Both the position numbers and the translations under genes were made by a program. Shown here piece by piece: positions 9,875-18,821 of a DNA stretch of 56,707 bases. The notes below the pieces were generated by a model. That model had not been told where the DNA came from. It ran no database searches and saw only the letters and a list, made by a program, of their open reading frames with translations. Source of the DNA: a virus (Duplodnaviria; Caudoviricetes); the IMG/VR virus record IMGVR_UViG_3300044620_000273, positions 1-56,707 of that record. One strand, 5' to 3'. Position 1 is the first letter of the stretch, and each line of letters opens with the position of its first letter.

Positions 9875-10872
9875 TGAAACGGTTTCTGTTTGGTTTTGTG
9901 GCCGCCACCAGCGCGGCCTCTCTCGTGTTTGCGCAGACTGCTCCCGTGTCGGTGGCTCCGACGGAGTATATCTACAACACGACGACCAACAGCACGTCGA
10001 ACAACACCAACACGTCCACCAACACGTCCACCAACACGAACAACAACAATTCCACCAGCACGTCGACGAACACGAACACGAACAACAACGTGAACACCAG
10101 CACGAGCACGTCGGTCAACACGAACAACAACGTGAACGCCAGCACATCGGTCAACACGAACAACAACAATAACGTGAGCACGTCGGTCAACACGAACAAT
10201 AACGTCTCGACGAACACGAACATCAACCAAAATACTGGCACGATGACGAACATCAACCAGAACACCAACGTCAATTCTGGCACGATGACGAACATCAACC
10301 AGAACACCAGCACGTCGGATAACGTCAACCGGAACATCAATACCGACACGAGCAACAGCACGATCAACCAGAGCGTGAATAGCAGGTCCGATAACACCAA
10401 CCGGAACATCAACAACGACACGTCGAACTCGACAATCAACAGCACGACGAACAACGTCAACCAGAACAACAACGTCAACGTCTCCGACAGCAAAAGCTAT
10501 AGCGAGAACGTCTCTCGGCAGGTTATCGATCAGAACATCAAGTCACCGCCTCCGAGCGCCATCGCGCCGAGCATGATGTCCTACAGCCAAGACCTCTGCA
10601 CCACCGGCCAGTCTGGCGCTGTGCAGACGCAAATCATCGGCCTGTCCGCTGGGCGCACTGTGCGTGATCAAAACTGTGAGCGGATGAAGCTCTCGAAGAC
10701 CCTGTACGACATGGGTATGCGCGTGGCTGCTGTGAGCCTCCTGTGCCAAGACACCCGTGTCTTCAGGGCGATGGAGATGGCTGGTACGCCCTGCCCGTTC
10801 ATGGGCGCAATCGGTGAGGCTGCGACAGCGGCATGGGAAGAAAATGCCGACCGCCGCCCCGACGCAGACTAA
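9871..10872 (+). CDS. Exported Asn/Thr-rich protein with Cys-containing C-terminal domain
   Basis: Signal peptide (MMKRFLFG..VFA/Q), about 170 aa N/T/S repeats, then PPPSAIAPS..C..CERMKLSK..LLCQD..PCP. Confidence 0.7.
   Translation: MMKRFLFGFVAATSAASLVFAQTAPVSVAPTEYIYNTTTNSTSNNTNTSTNTSTNTNNNNSTSTSTNTNTNNNVNTSTSTSVNTNNNVNASTSVNTNNNNNVSTSVNTNNNVSTNTNINQNTGTMTNINQNTNVNSGTMTNINQNTSTSDNVNRNINTDTSNSTINQSVNSRSDNTNRNINNDTSNSTINSTTNNVNQNNNVNVSDSKSYSENVSRQVIDQNIKSPPPSAIAPSMMSYSQDLCTTGQSGAVQTQIIGLSAGRTVRDQNCERMKLSKTLYDMGMRVAAVSLLCQDTRVFRAMEMAGTPCPFMGAIGEAATAAWEENADRRPDAD
9975..10482 (+). repeat. Low-complexity AAC/ACG coding repeats (TNNN / NINQNT)
   Basis: Repeated ACGAACAACAAC, GTCAACACGAACAAC and ATGACGAACATCAACCA units. 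Confidence 0.8.
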
Positions 10873-12487
10873 GCGTCTAATCTCTTTACTGGCTGCATTG
10901 CTGGTCAGTACATCTGCGGCTGCGCAGACCTATGAGCCTGCCTTAATCCCCCCGCAAATCAACGGCGCGCCTACCACAATGACGCCCCTCAATCTGGGTG
11001 ACGATGGCACGCGGAACGTCAGCCTTGGCTTTGAATTTGAGTATTGGGGCCAGACGTTCACCGACGCGTGGGTTTCGAGCAATGGCTTTGTGTCGTTCCA
11101 GAGCGGCGCGCATCTGTGCTGCAATGGTCAGCCTATCGAAATGGCGCAGCGCAACACAATCTACGCCTACTGGTCAGACCTAATCAGCTACACTGGCAAC
11201 CCATATTATCGCCGCGACGACGGCTCGATCCTATTCGGCTGGTATGGCGTGAACGAGTATGGCACGAACAACAGCAGCACCTTCGAGATTGGCCTCTTTG
11301 CCGACGGTAAGATACAACTGAATTTTGGCAATCTGGGCTTCTCTGGCTACCGCGACTTTACTGCGGGCCTCACCGGCCCAACTGCCGACGATAACATCCC
11401 GCTCTTCTACGGGCGCAACGCGCAGTTCCTTCAGAACCAGTCGGGCCTCTTGTCGTGGATTGCGCCCGAGCCAGAGGTTGTGCCTGTTGACTGCAACGCA
11501 ACGCCCATGGACCCCACTTGCCCACCGGCATCCGTAGCCATCGATGTCGGCGCACCTGATCCTACGGAAAGCACATCGGACACTGCCGTTGCTTCAGTCG
11601 AGCAGACGCCGCAGGAAGAAGTGCAGATGGAAGATGTGGCCGAGCAGGAGATTGAAGAGGCGCAACAGGCGCTGGAGACTGCCGAAGTATCGCTCGAAGC
11701 TGACGCCGAAACTGAGGAGGCTGCCGTTGAAGAGGCGGTCGAAGACGACACCGTCGAAGAACTGGTGTCGGAACAGGATTTAGAAGATCTTGATGACGAG
11801 CGCCTTTCGCCTGAAGAATTGGCTGCATTGGCGGCGCAAGGCCCCGAAGATGATAAAGAAACTTTAGCCAGTGAAACCTTGGCGTCGCTGGAAGGCGCAG
11901 AGAACGCTTTGGAAAGCCAAGACGCATCGGGCGCGGAGCAAGAAGCAAATGCTACGGCGCTTGAGGAGAGCGCGCAGCAATCGGCCTTCTTCGAGGAGGC
12001 CGAACAGGCCAGCCAAGCGTCGGCCTTTGAAGGCAACGCACAATCGGTGCAGGGCTTTGCTGGCTTCCAAATGCGCGTTGATTTTGGGTCGAGTGCTTCC
12101 GTTGCAGGCGGCAGCGGTGTCGGCCTTGGTTCGTCACCCCTCGACGCCGCCATATCAGTGGGCAGCCCTGTTTCGATGGCTAATACCTTTGAAATTCTGA
12201 ACAGCGTCGGCGGTCAAAGCAACGCCGCGCCCGCTGCGGCAACCGCCTCATCTGAAAAGTCAGAAAACGAGATGTCGGAAGGCCAATCGGAAACCATCAA
12301 TGAAATGGGGGCCGTGCCGGGTTTCGCTGCGTACACTCAGACATCCCTGCAAGATAGGGCTGACTTTTACGCAATTCGTGATATATACAGCCGACGTAGG
12401 CTGCAAGACGCAAACTTTGAATTGTATCGACTGATGCAGACGAATGATGCCCGCTGGCAGGAGATGGTAGATGAGCAGTACAGATGA
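10844..12487 (+). CDS. Exported protein with nidogen(NIDO)-like domain and acidic linker
   Basis: Signal peptide; LGFEFEYWGQTFTDAWVSSNGFVSF..IYAYWSDL resembles NIDO; Glu-rich middle; start ATG at 10844 inferred. Confidence 0.6.
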   Translation: MPTAAPTQTKRLISLLAALLVSTSAAAQTYEPALIPPQINGAPTTMTPLNLGDDGTRNVSLGFEFEYWGQTFTDAWVSSNGFVSFQSGAHLCCNGQPIEMAQRNTIYAYWSDLISYTGNPYYRRDDGSILFGWYGVNEYGTNNSSTFEIGLFADGKIQLNFGNLGFSGYRDFTAGLTGPTADDNIPLFYGRNAQFLQNQSGLLSWIAPEPEVVPVDCNATPMDPTCPPASVAIDVGAPDPTESTSDTAVASVEQTPQEEVQMEDVAEQEIEEAQQALETAEVSLEADAETEEAAVEEAVEDDTVEELVSEQDLEDLDDERLSPEELAALAAQGPEDDKETLASETLASLEGAENALESQDASGAEQEANATALEESAQQSAFFEEAEQASQASAFEGNAQSVQGFAGFQMRVDFGSSASVAGGSGVGLGSSPLDAAISVGSPVSMANTFEILNSVGGQSNAAPAAATASSEKSENEMSEGQSETINEMGAVPGFAAYTQTSLQDRADFYAIRDIYSRRRLQDANFELYRLMQTNDARWQEMVDEQYR

Positions 12488-12992
12488 GGAACCCAAGGTC
12501 GCCTTTGATGAGAGCGGCTTCAGTTTTAAGATTGGTGGCCTGAGCAGTGGCAAGATTGCCATTATCTTCGCGGCTATATCGACCATTGTCGGCGGCCTCT
12601 GGGCTGGCTTTCAGGTGTACCAGCAGTTCCTGACTATGAAGGAAGTCACAGCGGCTTATGTGCCGCCTGACCTGTCTGCCATTGAAGGACGCATTTCGGT
12701 GCTGGATGAGCGCGTCACGAGTGTCGAGCGTCTGACCAAGATTAACAGCGAAGCCCTAAATTATATGACGGGCAGCATTTCCAGCAGCGTTAGTGGCACG
12801 CGCCAGACGGTTGACGCGGTGTCGAGCAGCGTTAGAAACAGCGATGCGCAGAACATGGCGATGCAGCGCGCTGTCATAGAGCAACTGCGTCAGCAGGATC
12901 AGGAGCAGCAGCGTCGCATCAAGGAACTTGAGGCTGAGACTGCCGAACGTATTCAAAAGACGCTGGCGAACCCGCTGGCCGGAAAGGACTGA
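12471..12992 (+). CDS. Single-pass membrane protein with coiled coil
   Basis: TM IAIIFAAISTIVGGLWAGF then coiled coil ending LANPL. Confidence 0.7.
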   Translation: MSSTDEEPKVAFDESGFSFKIGGLSSGKIAIIFAAISTIVGGLWAGFQVYQQFLTMKEVTAAYVPPDLSAIEGRISVLDERVTSVERLTKINSEALNYMTGSISSSVSGTRQTVDAVSSSVRNSDAQNMAMQRAVIEQLRQQDQEQQRRIKELEAETAERIQKTLANPLAGKD

Positions 12993-13483
12993 TGATGGAA
13001 GATAAATTAATGGATGCGCGCATCAAGGCGCTCTTGTTGGCTGCTCGCACGATGGCATTTGTCATCTGCACGATTACCATCGCCATGATCGCAGGCCTGT
13101 TCGTGTCGAACGAGATTATCGACAACAAGGACGTCTTCGGCCTCCTCAGCTATGTCATGACCTCGGTTGTCGGCGCTGTGGCTGGCTCCTACGCCACGTT
13201 GATGGGTATGAAGGGTGAGCTGGTCCCACCGCCGCCTGAAGACCGCAACGACCCTGAGCCAGAAGAGCCTGCGCCAGCACCACTGCCGCCGCTCGACCTG
13301 ACGGCAGAGATGGCACCAAAAACATACGACGATCCGCAAGCCACCGTCTTTATCGACGAAGACGACGATGACGATGACATGGAGCCTTGGGAAAAGTATC
13401 GCAACGATATGCGCTATGACGCCAACGGTGACGGCGTAGTCGATGAACTTGATTTCCCTGATTGGCGGAGTGCTGGCAAATGA
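12992..13483 (+). CDS. Two-TM membrane protein (holin candidate) with C-terminal Ca-binding loop
   Basis: Two hydrophobic helices; DANGDGVVDELD EF-hand/dockerin-like loop; directly upstream of the endolysin. Confidence 0.6.
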   Translation: MMEDKLMDARIKALLLAARTMAFVICTITIAMIAGLFVSNEIIDNKDVFGLLSYVMTSVVGAVAGSYATLMGMKGELVPPPPEDRNDPEPEEPAPAPLPPLDLTAEMAPKTYDDPQATVFIDEDDDDDDMEPWEKYRNDMRYDANGDGVVDELDFPDWRSAGK

Positions 13484-14094
13484 GCATGATAGAACTTCAG
13501 AAGAAGATTGGCGTAACGGCTGACGGGGCTTTCGGCCCCGGCACGCTGAAGGCCGCCGCATCCTACTTCAAGCTAAACAAGAACCGCGCTGCCCACTTTT
13601 TTGCTCAATGCGCGCACGAGAGTGGCAACTTCAAAGCGTTCAGCGAGAACCTGAACTACGGCGCAAAGGGTCTGCGCGGCATCTTCGGAAAGTACTTTCC
13701 GACCGATGCGCTGGCTAAGGCTTACGAGCGTCAGCCGATGAAGATTGCCAACCGTGTCTATGCCAATCGCATGGGCAATGGTGACGAAGCGTCGGGCGAA
13801 GGTTTTCTGTACAAAGGCCGAGGTCCCCTCCAACTCACTGGCAAGAACAACTACCGCGCATTCGGTAAGTATATCGGGCGCGAACAAGAGATTTTGGACA
13901 ACCCAGACCTCGTCGCTACCGAACTCGGCTTTGAAAGCGCCCTGTGGTTCTTTGACGCAAACAAGCTCTGGTCGATCTGCGACCAAGGCATCAACGACGC
14001 TGCGATCCTCGCACTGACGAAGCGGATCAACGGGGGCACTCACGGCCTCGATGACCGTAAACTGAAAACCAAGAAGTATGCTACTTGGCTCTAA
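13480..14094 (+). CDS. Endolysin, glycoside hydrolase family 19 with short PG-binding segment
   Basis: ADGAFGPGT; AAHFFAQCAHESG; YKGRGPLQLTGKNNY; TKRINGGTHGLDDR. Confidence 0.9.
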   Translation: MSMIELQKKIGVTADGAFGPGTLKAAASYFKLNKNRAAHFFAQCAHESGNFKAFSENLNYGAKGLRGIFGKYFPTDALAKAYERQPMKIANRVYANRMGNGDEASGEGFLYKGRGPLQLTGKNNYRAFGKYIGREQEILDNPDLVATELGFESALWFFDANKLWSICDQGINDAAILALTKRINGGTHGLDDRKLKTKKYATWL

Positions 14095-14105
14095 GGAGAA
14101 GAACA

Positions 14106-14279
14106 ATGGATTTGAAAAGCGTATTGAAGAAGGAAGCCGAAAAGGCGATCCTCAAGAAAGCCACCAACAAGATCTTGCCGATGGCCGGAGACGCGCCGAA
14201 GTTCGGTAAGAAAAGCAAAATCGCAGCCGTTCTTATCACTTTCGCAGGCATTGCAACTGCCCTCGCCGAATATCTGTAG
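14106..14279 (+). CDS. Small basic protein with C-terminal TM (lysis accessory?)
   Basis: AAGGAG RBS; Lys-rich N-terminus and hydrophobic C-terminus. Confidence 0.55.
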   Translation: MDLKSVLKKEAEKAILKKATNKILPMAGDAPKFGKKSKIAAVLITFAGIATALAEYL

Positions 14280-14323
14280 GCGGTGTCTGTCCAAACCAAT
14301 AAAAAACAGGTATAGAGGCCCCT

Positions 14324-14977
14324 ATGTCCACGACGATGACCTTCGAGAGCCTTCAACAGGATGTCCGCCGCTACCTTGAGCGCGGCGCGACACTCGCGTC
14401 TGACGCTGTCGTTTACGAGCAAATCCCGCGCCTCATCAACTTGGCGGAGCGCAAGATTGCTCGTGAACTCAAGGTTCAGGGCTTCATCAATGTCGTGACG
14501 GGCGAGCTCAACACTGGGCAATCGGTTTACCCTAAGCCCGACCGCTGGCGCGACACCGTGTCGATTAACATCGGCACGGGCGCAACGGGTGACAATCGCA
14601 AGTTCCTGTTCACGCGCGATTACGAATATATTCGCACGTACTGGCCCAACGCGCTCGACACCGACCAGCCTGTTTTCTACAGCGACTATGACTATAGCCA
14701 CTGGTTGATCGCGCCAACGCCCGATCAAGATTACCCCTTCGAGATCCTCTATTACGAATTGCCGCCGTTGCTCGACGACAGTGTGCAGACGAATTGGGTC
14801 ACGGAATACGCTCCACAGCTTCTGCTTTACGGCACGCTGGTGGAAGCCACGCCGTTCCTCAAGAACGACGAACGCATCCAAGTTTGGCAGAGCATGTATG
14901 ATCGCGCGGCGGCGATGCTAAACGGCGAAGACCTTGGTAAAATCCTCGACCGATCCGCTGTGCGCAAGGAGGCCTAA
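14324..14977 (+). CDS. Head-tail adaptor-like protein
   Basis: IPRLINLAERKIAREL..APTPD..TNWVTEYAPQLLLYGTLVEA, typical of podovirus adaptors. Confidence 0.65.
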   Translation: MSTTMTFESLQQDVRRYLERGATLASDAVVYEQIPRLINLAERKIARELKVQGFINVVTGELNTGQSVYPKPDRWRDTVSINIGTGATGDNRKFLFTRDYEYIRTYWPNALDTDQPVFYSDYDYSHWLIAPTPDQDYPFEILYYELPPLLDDSVQTNWVTEYAPQLLLYGTLVEATPFLKNDERIQVWQSMYDRAAAMLNGEDLGKILDRSAVRKEA

Positions 14978-14979
14978 TA

Positions 14980-17900
14980 ATGTCCACATCGTTCACTCAG
15001 GTCTTCGGGGGCAGCACGATCTACCCCTCGGACGTGTCGTATCTTCCGCTGTCGCTGTCCGGCGATGTAACGCTTGAGTGGCCGCTTGAGGCCACCACCG
15101 GCAACAACGTCGTCGCCCGCATCATCGATGTAACGCCGACTGGCGTCTACACCATCATCATGCCTGACGCGACGAAGGTCGGCGTGGGCCAGACGATCCT
15201 CTTCAACAACCTCGGCCCTAGCATCGTCACGGTCGACACTGCCGCAGGCAACGCCATTCTCAGCATGAGTGCAGGCGAGCAGTGGCAGATTTACCTGACG
15301 GACAACACAACGGTCGCAGGAACGTGGCGCGTCTTCCGTTACGGCGCGGCTACCGCACAGGCGCAAGCCTCTGCGCTCGCAGGCCCCGGCCTCGTTGCCC
15401 TCGGCTCAACCCTCGCGCAGAACGCCGAGGTTGTCGATTTCTCCTCAACGCCAGTCACGACGACGACAGGCGACCGCGCTAAGACTTTTGTCTGGACAGG
15501 CGCACTGGGCACGTTGAACTTGCCAACTTCCGTCTCGGCGACTGACGGCTGGTTCATCAACCTGCGCAACAGCGGCACGGGCGACCTTGTCGTCGACCCA
15601 TCTGGCGCGGAACAGATTAACGGGGCGAGCACGCTCACCTTGCAGCCGGGCGACAGCGCCAGCATCGTGACCGACGGCATCCAGTGGTACACCATCGGCC
15701 TCGGCCAGCAGGCGGTCTTCGCCTTCGACTACACGTCTGTCGCCGTCACTACAGGCACGTACACGCTGAGCGGATCTGAACTGAACCGGATTGCCTACAA
15801 GTTCACAGGCACCCTGAGCGGCAACGTGACTGTCGTCGTGCCTGCCACCGTGCAGCAGTACTGGATCAATAACCAGACGACGGGTGCCTTCACCCTCTCT
15901 GTCCGCGTGTCGGGCAGCTCATCCCCTGTTGTTGTGACGCAGAACACGACGGGTATCTACTATTCCGACGGCACGGACATCATCACCGCAACGACTGCGG
16001 CGGCATTCGCAGGCGTGGTCGGCATCTCACAGGGCGGCACCGGCGCGACCAGCGCAGGCTCCGCGCTGACCAACCTCGGCGGCACGGGCATCGGCACCGC
16101 CGTCTTTACGGCATCCACAACGGCTGCTGCCCGCTCCGCCATCGCGGCGGCTGCCTCTGGCGCGAATAGCGACATCACCTCGATTACGGGCCTCACAACG
16201 GCCCTGACCGTTGCGCAGGGCGGCACAGGATCTACGACAGCCGCAGGTGCGCGCTCTAACCTCAGCGCGGCCCAGTCGGGCAGCAACAGCGACATCACCG
16301 CGCTAACCGCCTCTGGCGGCGTACAGGTCGGCGCGCCGACGGGTGGCGCGCAGGGCACAGGCACGATCAACGCGACGGGTCTATTCATCAACGGCGTGGG
16401 CGTCGGCACGGGTTCAGGCTCGGTGACCAGCGTCGGGCTGACCGTCCCCTCGTTCCTGTCCGTCACCGGATCTCCTATCACGACTTCAGGCACGCTCGCC
16501 GTCTCGCTGTCAGGCACTGCGCTACCTGTCGCCAACGGCGGCACGGGCCAGACCTCGTACACCGACGGCCAGCTTCTGATTGGTAACAGCACCGGCAACA
16601 CGTTGACCAAGGCAACCCTAACGGCTGGCTCGGGCATCAGCATCACTAACGGCGGCGGCTCGATTACGATCACGTCGACGGCTGGCGGCGGTACGGTTAC
16701 CTCAGTCGACGCCTCGGGCGGCACGACGGGTCTCTCCTTCTCCGGTGGCCCTGTCACTGGAAGCGGCACGCTGACGCTTGGCGGCACTCTGGCCGTCACG
16801 AATGGCGGCACAGGTGGCGCTACGGCCTCTGGTGCGCGTCTGAACCTCGGCGCGGCTGCCTCTGGCGCTAACAGCGACATCACGTCTCTATCGGGCCTCA
16901 GCACGCCTCTGAGCATCGCGCAGGGCGGCACAGCCTCCTCGACGGCTGCGGGCGCACGCAGCAGCCTTGGCGCGGCTGCCTCGGGTGCAAACAGCGACAT
17001 CACGGCTCTATCGGGCCTGACGACCGCATTGAGCATAGGACAGGGCGGCACGGCATCGACGACGGCTGGAGGCGCGCGTACCAACCTTGGCGCGACGGCC
17101 ATCGGCAGCAGCATGTTCACGCTCGCCAACCCGAGTGCCGTTACGTTCCCCCGCTTCAACGCAGACAACACGGTCTCGGCTCTCGACGCGGCGTCGTTCC
17201 GCTCGGCCATCGGCGCGGGCACCAGCTCCACCACCGGCACCGTCACCTCAGTTGGCGGTACTGGATCGGTCAACGGCATCACGCTCACGGGCACCGTCAC
17301 CTCCTCGGGTAACCTGACGCTCGGCGGCACACTGTCTGGCGTCAGCCTGACCACACAGGTCTCAGGCACTCTGCCTGTCGCCAACGGCGGTACAGGCGCA
17401 ACCGACGCGGCAACTGCTCGGTCTAACCTTAGCGTCCCCTCGGCTACTGGTTCCGGCGCGTCGGGCACTTGGAGCATAAGCATCAACGGCAACGCGGCGA
17501 CCGCCACCTCGGCTACGACTGCTGGGTCCGCCACCTCGGCAACTACGGCTGGCTCGGTCACCAATGCGGTAACCTTTAACAATACCGGCGGGGCAGCGGC
17601 GGGCACGACGTTCAACGGGTCGGCAGCACGCACGATTGACTACAGCACCGTTGGTGCTCCTAAAGCAGACGGCACAGGCGCATCCGGCACTTGGGGTATT
17701 AACATCAGCGGCAACGCGGCGACGGCAACGTCGGCTACAACAGCTACCTCCGCTACAACCGCTACAACAGCCACCAATGCAACAAACGCGACGAATGCGA
17801 CGAATGCGACGAACGCAACGACGGCGACCACGGCAAACGCGCTCAACACCAGCAACAACTATCAGGTCAACAGCCTTGGCGTTGGCACTGCTGGCTCCGG

Positions 17901-18258
17901 CACTGCCGGTGAAATCCGCGCGACCAATAACGTCACGGCCTACTATTCGTCGGACGCGCGTCTCAAGGAGAACGTGCAGCCGATTGAAAACGCCCTCGAC
18001 ATCGTAACGACAGTCGGCGGCAAGACGTTCGACTGGACCGACGCATACATCGCAGAGCATGGCGGCGAAGACGAATACTTCGTCAAGAAGTCCGACTTCG
18101 GTGTCATCGCGCAGGACGTGGAGGCTGTGTTCCCGCTTGCTGTCCGCAAGCGCCCAGACGGCACGCTGGCCGTTGACTACGAGAGGCTGGTCGCCGTGGC
18201 ATTTGCTGCCATCAAAGAGCTAAAGGCGGAACTGGACGAGCTACGAGGAGCTAAATAA
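14980..18258 (+). CDS. Second tail fibre/spike with C-terminal peptidase S74 domain
   Basis: AQGGTG / GANSDITSL repeats, ATN tripeptide repeats, C-terminal YYSSDARLKENV..GVIAQDV..VDYERLV. Confidence 0.85.
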   Translation: MSTSFTQVFGGSTIYPSDVSYLPLSLSGDVTLEWPLEATTGNNVVARIIDVTPTGVYTIIMPDATKVGVGQTILFNNLGPSIVTVDTAAGNAILSMSAGEQWQIYLTDNTTVAGTWRVFRYGAATAQAQASALAGPGLVALGSTLAQNAEVVDFSSTPVTTTTGDRAKTFVWTGALGTLNLPTSVSATDGWFINLRNSGTGDLVVDPSGAEQINGASTLTLQPGDSASIVTDGIQWYTIGLGQQAVFAFDYTSVAVTTGTYTLSGSELNRIAYKFTGTLSGNVTVVVPATVQQYWINNQTTGAFTLSVRVSGSSSPVVVTQNTTGIYYSDGTDIITATTAAAFAGVVGISQGGTGATSAGSALTNLGGTGIGTAVFTASTTAAARSAIAAAASGANSDITSITGLTTALTVAQGGTGSTTAAGARSNLSAAQSGSNSDITALTASGGVQVGAPTGGAQGTGTINATGLFINGVGVGTGSGSVTSVGLTVPSFLSVTGSPITTSGTLAVSLSGTALPVANGGTGQTSYTDGQLLIGNSTGNTLTKATLTAGSGISITNGGGSITITSTAGGGTVTSVDASGGTTGLSFSGGPVTGSGTLTLGGTLAVTNGGTGGATASGARLNLGAAASGANSDITSLSGLSTPLSIAQGGTASSTAAGARSSLGAAASGANSDITALSGLTTALSIGQGGTASTTAGGARTNLGATAIGSSMFTLANPSAVTFPRFNADNTVSALDAASFRSAIGAGTSSTTGTVTSVGGTGSVNGITLTGTVTSSGNLTLGGTLSGVSLTTQVSGTLPVANGGTGATDAATARSNLSVPSATGSGASGTWSISINGNAATATSATTAGSATSATTAGSVTNAVTFNNTGGAAAGTTFNGSAARTIDYSTVGAPKADGTGASGTWGINISGNAATATSATTATSATTATTATNATNATNATNATNATTATTANALNTSNNYQVNSLGVGTAGSGTAGEIRATNNVTAYYSSDARLKENVQPIENALDIVTTVGGKTFDWTDAYIAEHGGEDEYFVKKSDFGVIAQDVEAVFPLAVRKRPDGTLAVDYERLVAVAFAAIKELKAELDELRGAK

Positions 18259-18821
18259 TGACGCTCAACTCTTCAGGCCCAATCAGTCTGGGTGGCAGCA
18301 CGGCGGGGCAGTCCATCAACCTCGAACTGGGTAAATCCGCTACCGCCACGGTCTCGCTGAACGACACCGACGTCCGCACGCTGGCGGGCGTTGCGTCTGG
18401 CGCTATTGTCATGCCGACCAACTTCTACGGCAAGAGCAATGTCCTTATTACTTTCAGCGATTACGGCGTTTTCGCTGCGGGTTTTGGGTATTCCGAAGCA
18501 GCGTACGCAATTTTCGGTGCTGGTGCCGCCATCGGCCAAGTATATGAGGCGCTTAACGGTGGCTCTTATATGTATGTAGAACAGTGGTGCACACCAACCA
18601 GCCAAGGTGGAAACTACGAAGTTTACGCTAGTGTGACAGCCGGTTCGGTTACTGGCACGGTTAACTCTTGGGTAGCGACGACTGCCAACCCCGCTTGGCT
18701 CGTAGATATTTCTGGGTCAGGAAACTCTGCGTATGCCCAACTAGCCTTCCAAGTTCGCCGCACTGGCACTGCCACGGTGCTTGATACGTGGACCGTAGAC
18801 CTCAACGCGGAAGCTCTGTAA
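18258..18821 (+). CDS. Fibre-associated protein, possible adhesin
   Basis: TAATG-coupled to the fibre; N-terminal SGPISL..ELG..FYGKS; aromatic beta-rich C-terminus. Confidence 0.55.
   Translation: MTLNSSGPISLGGSTAGQSINLELGKSATATVSLNDTDVRTLAGVASGAIVMPTNFYGKSNVLITFSDYGVFAAGFGYSEAAYAIFGAGAAIGQVYEALNGGSYMYVEQWCTPTSQGGNYEVYASVTAGSVTGTVNSWVATTANPAWLVDISGSGNSAYAQLAFQVRRTGTATVLDTWTVDLNAEAL

Noticed and set aside
17500-17840. GCGACGAAT-type tandem repeats as a separate element
   Set aside because: They encode the ATS/ATT/ATN tripeptide stalk of the fibre
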